64,000 nucleotides of DNA from Syntrophales bacterium (GTDB lineage: Bacteria > Desulfobacterota > Syntrophia > Syntrophales > UBA2210): contig DAISYQ010000002.1 of NCBI GenBank assembly GCA_036825195.1, forward strand, positions 37,802 through 101,801, written 5' to 3'. The notes beneath the pieces are model-generated. The model worked only from the letters and a program-made list of their open reading frames with translations. It was not told the origin of the DNA and did no database searches. Shown in pieces: positions 59,403 to 64,000 of the stretch. The position numbers and the translations under genes were made by a program. Numbering within the stretch: position 1 is the first letter of the stretch; each line of letters begins with the position of its first letter.

Positions 59403-60326
59403 TCATAACCTGCTTTTATGTTTTGGAACTTCCGTTTGATTATCCTGGTATAAATGGAAAGATTCTACTCTGTCGAATCTCAACTGTGCCACCTGTTCCG
59501 ATACAAGCCCCACCATGAATACCACAATGGCTACGGTCATCAACATGGCGGAAGTGGGGCCGTACCGTCCTCCCATGAAGAATATCTTGAAAAGGCCCCA
59601 GGCCAATCCCGCGAAAAACATGATAGCGCTGACGGGAAGGAAGACCCGCATAGGTGAAAAAAGGGTTGCTATCTTGATGATAATGAGAAGGAATCGCGAG
59701 CCGTCCCGTACCAGCCTTATCTTGCTCTTGCCCACGCGGCGGGTTGTGGTTATCGGAACATAGGCAAGACTGTATCCGGAGCGCACCACCGCCAGGGTAA
59801 TGGTTGTCGGATAGGAGAAGGTATTGGGAAGGAGGGATAAAAACTGGCGGGCGATTTCCCGTTTTATCGCCCTGAACCCCGATGTCAGGTCTTCGATCCT
59901 GCGTTTGCAGATGTACGTGGCAAACCGGTTGTAGATCCTGTTTGCCACGATTCTGTGAAAAGAAGCCTCAGAATCGCTCGTTCGCGCTCCGACAGCCATG
60001 TCGTAAGCATCCATTTTTTCCAACAGGCGAGGGATATCTTCGGGTGCATGCTGGCCGTCTCCATCGAGCGTAACCAGAATGTTACCCTTCGCGTTTCTGA
60101 TTCCGGTTTTGACCGCGGCACCGTTACCGATGTTGTATGGATGAGATATTACGTGTGCACCAGCCTTCGACGCTTCCGCTGCTGTTGCATCGTCTGACCC
60201 GTCATCAACCACGATGATCTCATAATCACGATTCATTGCATCCATGACGCGGCGCACTCTCTGTACGACGTCGGAGATCACCTTTTCTTCACGATATACG
60301 GGGATAATGAGACTGATATCCGGCAT
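59403..60326 (-). CDS. GT2 polyprenol-phosphate glycosyltransferase (DPM1/GtrB-like) with two C-terminal TMs
   Basis: SLIIPVY, VVDDGSDD, GNGAAVKTG, LDGDGQH, DLTSGFRA. Confidence 0.88.
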   Translation of the reverse strand: MPDISLIIPVYREEKVISDVVQRVRRVMDAMNRDYEIIVVDDGSDDATAAEASKAGAHVISHPYNIGNGAAVKTGIRNAKGNILVTLDGDGQHAPEDIPRLLEKMDAYDMAVGARTSDSEASFHRIVANRIYNRFATYICKRRIEDLTSGFRAIKREIARQFLSLLPNTFSYPTTITLAVVRSGYSLAYVPITTTRRVGKSKIRLVRDGSRFLLIIIKIATLFSPMRVFLPVSAIMFFAGLAWGLFKIFFMGGRYGPTSAMLMTVAIVVFMVGLVSEQVAQLRFDRVESFHLYQDNQTEVPKHKSRL

Positions 60327-60886
60327 TGCGGGGGCCTCACTTTCGGTTTAGAGTGTATTTTGAAGGGTAAACAACTTTTTGTATATATGACGCGTTAGTT
60401 ATTTGCAAGTGGATTCTGATAAAACCGTTGATATTACAATATCATAAACACTTATCCCAGAATTATATTGTTTAAAGTGAACCGATAAAAAAGAGTGTGA
60501 CTTTTTCAGATGATCCATTATATAATACAGGAAAATGAGAAATATAAGCTATAAGCATAGGAGAATTTTAGAAACCTGATTGAATGTATGCAGAAAATTG
60601 ATCCAACCTGACTCTTCCTCAGTTTTTATCTGCACGACAATACGAATTATCCGGTTAGACAAGAATATTGAAGCAAGGTAAGCGTCCACGAAATGGGTGT
60701 TCTCTCGTCGTCATTCAGCTCTACCAATATGACGAGGTGATACACGTTCCATTCTTTAGTAGTCTGTCTCTTCTGTCTTTTCTTGACTCTTGGCAATAGC
60801 GGCTTCTCAAAAGAACATAACCAAAGAATCACGGACATGTCTCTTATTACTGTACCGGTAGCGGACATGTCTTGTGTGGGTGGGGC

Positions 60887-61372
60887 ATGGCATTGAACAG
60901 TTTGTGTAGTTTCTTTTTCTCTTTCCAAAGAAAGCGACATAGCAGGGGTTTTACCTTAATAGAGGTTATAACGGTTCTGATCATTCTCGGCATTATGGGT
61001 GCGATTACGGTTGCCCGCATCGTATCGACAAACGAAATAGAACTCAACGCACAGGTGGAAAAGATAAAATCTCATCTTCGGTATGCCCAGATGAGGAGCA
61101 TGAACAGCGATTCTATCTGGGGAATACAATTTACAGGTGACCGGTACTGGCTTTTTAAGGATGGTAACGGGGCAAAAAAAGTGAGCCTTCCCGGTGAGGA
61201 TTCGGATACTGTCAGCCTTCCGGAAGGAGCGAATTCATCACGAACAATCGCCTTTGATTCATGGGGAAGACCATACGATCTGGGTGGTGGTTCCAAGGGA
61301 GATATGACCCTTACCATAGGCGGGAAAGGCTCTGCCATACACATATATGCAAATACGGGATATATACCATGA
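60887..61372 (+). CDS. Minor pilin (FimT/GspH-like)
   Basis: RG|FTLIEV; HLRYAQMRSM. Confidence 0.82.
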   Translation: MALNSLCSFFFSFQRKRHSRGFTLIEVITVLIILGIMGAITVARIVSTNEIELNAQVEKIKSHLRYAQMRSMNSDSIWGIQFTGDRYWLFKDGNGAKKVSLPGEDSDTVSLPEGANSSRTIAFDSWGRPYDLGGGSKGDMTLTIGGKGSAIHIYANTGYIP

Positions 61373-61779
61373 GTGTATCTACTATACCTGATCGTAATAG
61401 CAGCAGCGGGTTTACATTGATAGAGGTCATCGTGACGCTTGTCATAGCGAGTATCCTTGCCGTGATCGTCTTCACGTTTATGAATACCGGTGTGACAAAG
61501 AGCGGTATGCCCGTGATCTGGACGAAGCATGAGTACGAACTGTCTGAGGTCATGGATAAAGTTACCGCTGATTACAGGAATGCCGTCGGGAACCCCTCGT
61601 TTGATCTGTCGAGTTTCAAGAGCCAGATCGAGGAAAAATACCGTTCGTATATCAGTGTTGAATATACCGATTTCGCCTTTACCGGGACGGATTACGAGGA
61701 ATCGGGAACCAACCCCAATATCCTGAAGGTAACCCTCGTGAAGGACGAGCATTCTCTTATGGCTTTATTTACCCACTAG
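61369..61779 (+). CDS. Minor pilin (PilV/GspI-like)
   Basis: SG|FTLIEV; ATGA overlap with previous gene. Confidence 0.8.
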   Translation: MSVSTIPDRNSSSGFTLIEVIVTLVIASILAVIVFTFMNTGVTKSGMPVIWTKHEYELSEVMDKVTADYRNAVGNPSFDLSSFKSQIEEKYRSYISVEYTDFAFTGTDYEESGTNPNILKVTLVKDEHSLMALFTH

Positions 61780-61782
61780 AGC

Positions 61783-62334
61783 ATGAAGATTTTGTCAAGG
61801 AGTGAAAAGGTGAGAAGACAATCGGGATTTACACTTATTGAGGTAATTGCCGTGCTCGTTCTGGTTTCGATACTTGCCGTTATCGCGGGCGCTGGATTGA
61901 TACGCGGTCTTGAAGGGTATCTCTTCGCGAAGGAAAATGCCGTTATTTCACAGAAGGCTCAGCTTGCCATGGCGCGCATCCGTCTCGAAATGAACGGGAT
62001 CATGAGCGTCGATTCGGCGGGAGGCACTTCCATAAGATTCACGACTCCCAGCGGTAATTCGACAATAGGTCTTGACGGGAATGCCGTCAAACTCGCGGGG
62101 GAGGGTATTAAACTGACGGATGGTGATATCCTGATTGACGGAGTGAACAGCTTTTCCCTCACCTATATCAGTGACACGGGTGGTGTTTGGACTCCGGCAG
62201 ATGATATCAAAGAGTTGTCCCAGATCAGGATCGACCTGGTCGTGAATCACGAGACCGGCACGGTTGGAACAATCGATTTCTTCACAACCGTTAATCCTCG
62301 CAATACCGGTCTGTCGAGCGGACCCATAGGGTAA
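61783..62334 (+). CDS. Minor pilin (PilW/GspJ-like)
   Basis: SG|FTLIEV; QKAQLAMARIRLE. Confidence 0.8.
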   Translation: MKILSRSEKVRRQSGFTLIEVIAVLVLVSILAVIAGAGLIRGLEGYLFAKENAVISQKAQLAMARIRLEMNGIMSVDSAGGTSIRFTTPSGNSTIGLDGNAVKLAGEGIKLTDGDILIDGVNSFSLTYISDTGGVWTPADDIKELSQIRIDLVVNHETGTVGTIDFFTTVNPRNTGLSSGPIG

Positions 62335-62357
62335 TAAAATAAGGGTAAGGGTTGCAT

Positions 62358-64000
62358 ATGAAAAAAAGACCGGTCGATAGTACAATAGGCAAATCAGGTT
62401 TGTTGCATCCAGTGACGGATAGATTGCGGCAGAGAGGCAGTGTTCTGATAACTCTCATTATCGTTATGGTCATCTTTGCCGTGCTGGGATCGGCCCTTGT
62501 CGTGCTCTTTTCAACCTCTACCCTGCACCATGTAAATGCCGATCAGGGTATGAGGGCTTATTACCTCGCCGAGTCCGGTTACCGTTATGCCGCAAGTGAA
62601 TTCTTGAATGGCGGAACCGGAGAAGACAGAGACACGGTTCTTTCTGTACTCAACGGAAACAGATTCCTTTTCAGCGGCAATACCGGCGCCTTCGAGCTTG
62701 AGATAGAATCATACTTTTATGACTTTAAAGATCTGGATGGTTCCACCCTCACGGCGGAGGTTTTCGGTAAAATGCCGGAGACAATTCCCACAAACGGAAC
62801 CGGTGTGTCAGGAACATTGGCCGTCTTTGGCGATCCAGCCTTTTATCACGCCTTCAACGGATACCGCATGGAGACGGGAGATACGGCCTCCGAGCTTCGC
62901 TTTTCATTGACCGGAACCACATCACCGGCTGGCACCCGCATCTTTCCCGCTCTTGCGGGAAGCGGTACCCAGACCATGACATTGGGAAGCGATATTTCTT
63001 TCACCGGGGCGGGTGTTCTCTTCCCGCCGAGTCACGGTGCCTTCAGGATCTATGACGCGAGTGGTAATGAAAAAGACAGCACAATCTTTGCCTATGATGA
63101 AATTGATACCGCAACCAATACGTTGCAGGGGATCAGGGATGTTATGAATCCGGGGAACAGCTTCAGCGTTGCCTTTGACCCAACGGATTATATCGTACTG
63201 CAGAGGTTCGTAAAGCTCACCTCTACGGGCATGTTCGGCGATCTCAATTCCTCCTATGCCTCCAAAACCCTCACCTATATCGTGCCTTTGGAGGCGATCA
63301 AGACAGGCGGTACCGGCGGGACGGAGATTATCGGAGGGGATGAACTGCTGGAAGCTCTGGCCGAGAATGATGGCGGAACCAGTCTGGGCAAGTTTGAAAT
63401 TCAGAAAGTGGGAGGTGACACGGCTCTTGCTGTTACGAAAACGACCGGTGGAAAGGGCAATCAGCCTCGTGTCGAGGCGGTCGTGGGCCTGCCGGACGGA
63501 GAAGACAGCCCGTTTTACAGCGCATGGTCGAGTAGGGGTCATTTTCTGAACTATGACGCACAGGTTAAGGTGGCGGCCGGGAGTCCGGACGCGAAGGGAA
63601 CGTTTTTCGACAAACCCGATTATTATCTGAGCGGCATATCGTTCAGATTGAGTGGTGGTAGCGCGGGTTCACTGCAGGCATACGGTCTTTCCTTTATGAG
63701 AAGTACGACAGGAACGGGTCAAAGTTCTGATGGTATTCCCGATGATCTGCTGCCGGACAGTTCCCTTGAGGACACCCCCATGGTTGTTTTATGGGACCGT
63801 GGCGGTCGCGGTAAAGCCGGAGGTGACGAATGGATGGCCTATATGGAACTGTCGCCCAGCGATCCGGTGCTTGATCAAACACCAGGCGGGAATGACAGGG
63901 GTGTCTGGGCTTCGGATGTCAGGTATGTGGTTAATGATATAGTGATTCACGACGACGTTTCGTATATATGTATTGCCTCCCACACAGCAATCAGTGGTTC
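62358..64000 (+). CDS. Large PilX/GspK-like minor pilin fused to adhesin-like domains (3' truncated by the window; absent from the ORF track)
   Basis: My translation is open from ATG 62358 to the end (547 codons); RG|SVLIT lacks Glu5; AYYLAESG PilX motif; ends in a CBM5/12-like motif. Confidence 0.8.
   Translation, partial: MKKRPVDSTIGKSGLLHPVTDRLRQRGSVLITLIIVMVIFAVLGSALVVLFSTSTLHHVNADQGMRAYYLAESGYRYAASEFLNGGTGEDRDTVLSVLNGNRFLFSGNTGAFELEIESYFYDFKDLDGSTLTAEVFGKMPETIPTNGTGVSGTLAVFGDPAFYHAFNGYRMETGDTASELRFSLTGTTSPAGTRIFPALAGSGTQTMTLGSDISFTGAGVLFPPSHGAFRIYDASGNEKDSTIFAYDEIDTATNTLQGIRDVMNPGNSFSVAFDPTDYIVLQRFVKLTSTGMFGDLNSSYASKTLTYIVPLEAIKTGGTGGTEIIGGDELLEALAENDGGTSLGKFEIQKVGGDTALAVTKTTGGKGNQPRVEAVVGLPDGEDSPFYSAWSSRGHFLNYDAQVKVAAGSPDAKGTFFDKPDYYLSGISFRLSGGSAGSLQAYGLSFMRSTTGTGQSSDGIPDDLLPDSSLEDTPMVVLWDRGGRGKAGGDEWMAYMELSPSDPVLDQTPGGNDRGVWASDVRYVVNDIVIHDDVSYICIASHTAISG

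Noticed and set aside
60708-60735. TCGTCAT-N14-ATGACGA inverted repeat and the 60647-60940 minus ORF
   Set aside because: 7 bp arms with a long loop are expected by chance; the ORF has no motifs and overlaps the minor pilin start
1-64000. tRNA, rRNA, CRISPR array, transposase or selenocysteine/pyrrolysine readthrough
   Set aside because: No T-loop/anticodon cloverleaf, regularly spaced repeat array, DDE/tyrosine recombinase ORF or interrupted known gene was recognised by eye; tRNAscan, Infernal and CRISPR finders would be needed to exclude them

Overview
A 64 kb chromosomal window of an anaerobic Desulfobacterota (deltaproteobacterial) genome; a Syntrophales-like origin is inferred from gene content only. 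The left two thirds are mostly housekeeping genes: MTAP-family phosphorylase, bamD, rlmN, mutS, folE2 plus a COG0720 gene, aminotransferase, kdsD, NrdR-boxed nrdD/nrdG, an osmoprotectant ABC transporter, purB, ihfA-like, acyl-CoA dehydrogenase and hbd. Interspersed accessory items are an AT-rich orphan with a HEPN-like Rx5H motif, a kinase/PHP/P-loop operon, a divergent GAF-PilB / GAF-adenylate-cyclase pair, and a PilZ-putative acyltransferase / V4R-HD-GYP / methyltransferase module. The right 25 kb (39.3-64 kb) is an MSHA-like type IV pilus locus: pilMN fusion, pilO, pilP-like, pilQ, a large Ig/propeller lipoprotein, exeA/mshM, MshEN-ATPase, pilC, a membrane-anchored sigma-54 activator, a sigma-54-driven major pilin and minor pilins. 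An inverted five-gene glycosylation cassette centred on a TMTC-like GT-C transferase splits the pilin genes. Best candidates for undescribed biology: (1) TMTC-type pilin glycosylation cassette, (2) PilZ/V4R-HD-GYP/methyltransferase c-di-GMP module, (3) one-component membrane sigma-54 activator replacing PilS/PilR, (4) orphan HEPN-like gene, (5) cNMP-type GAF-PilB next to its putative cyclase. No tRNA, rRNA, CRISPR array or transposase was recognised. All family calls are by motif recognition without database searches; GC figures are hand counts on a few 60-nt lines.
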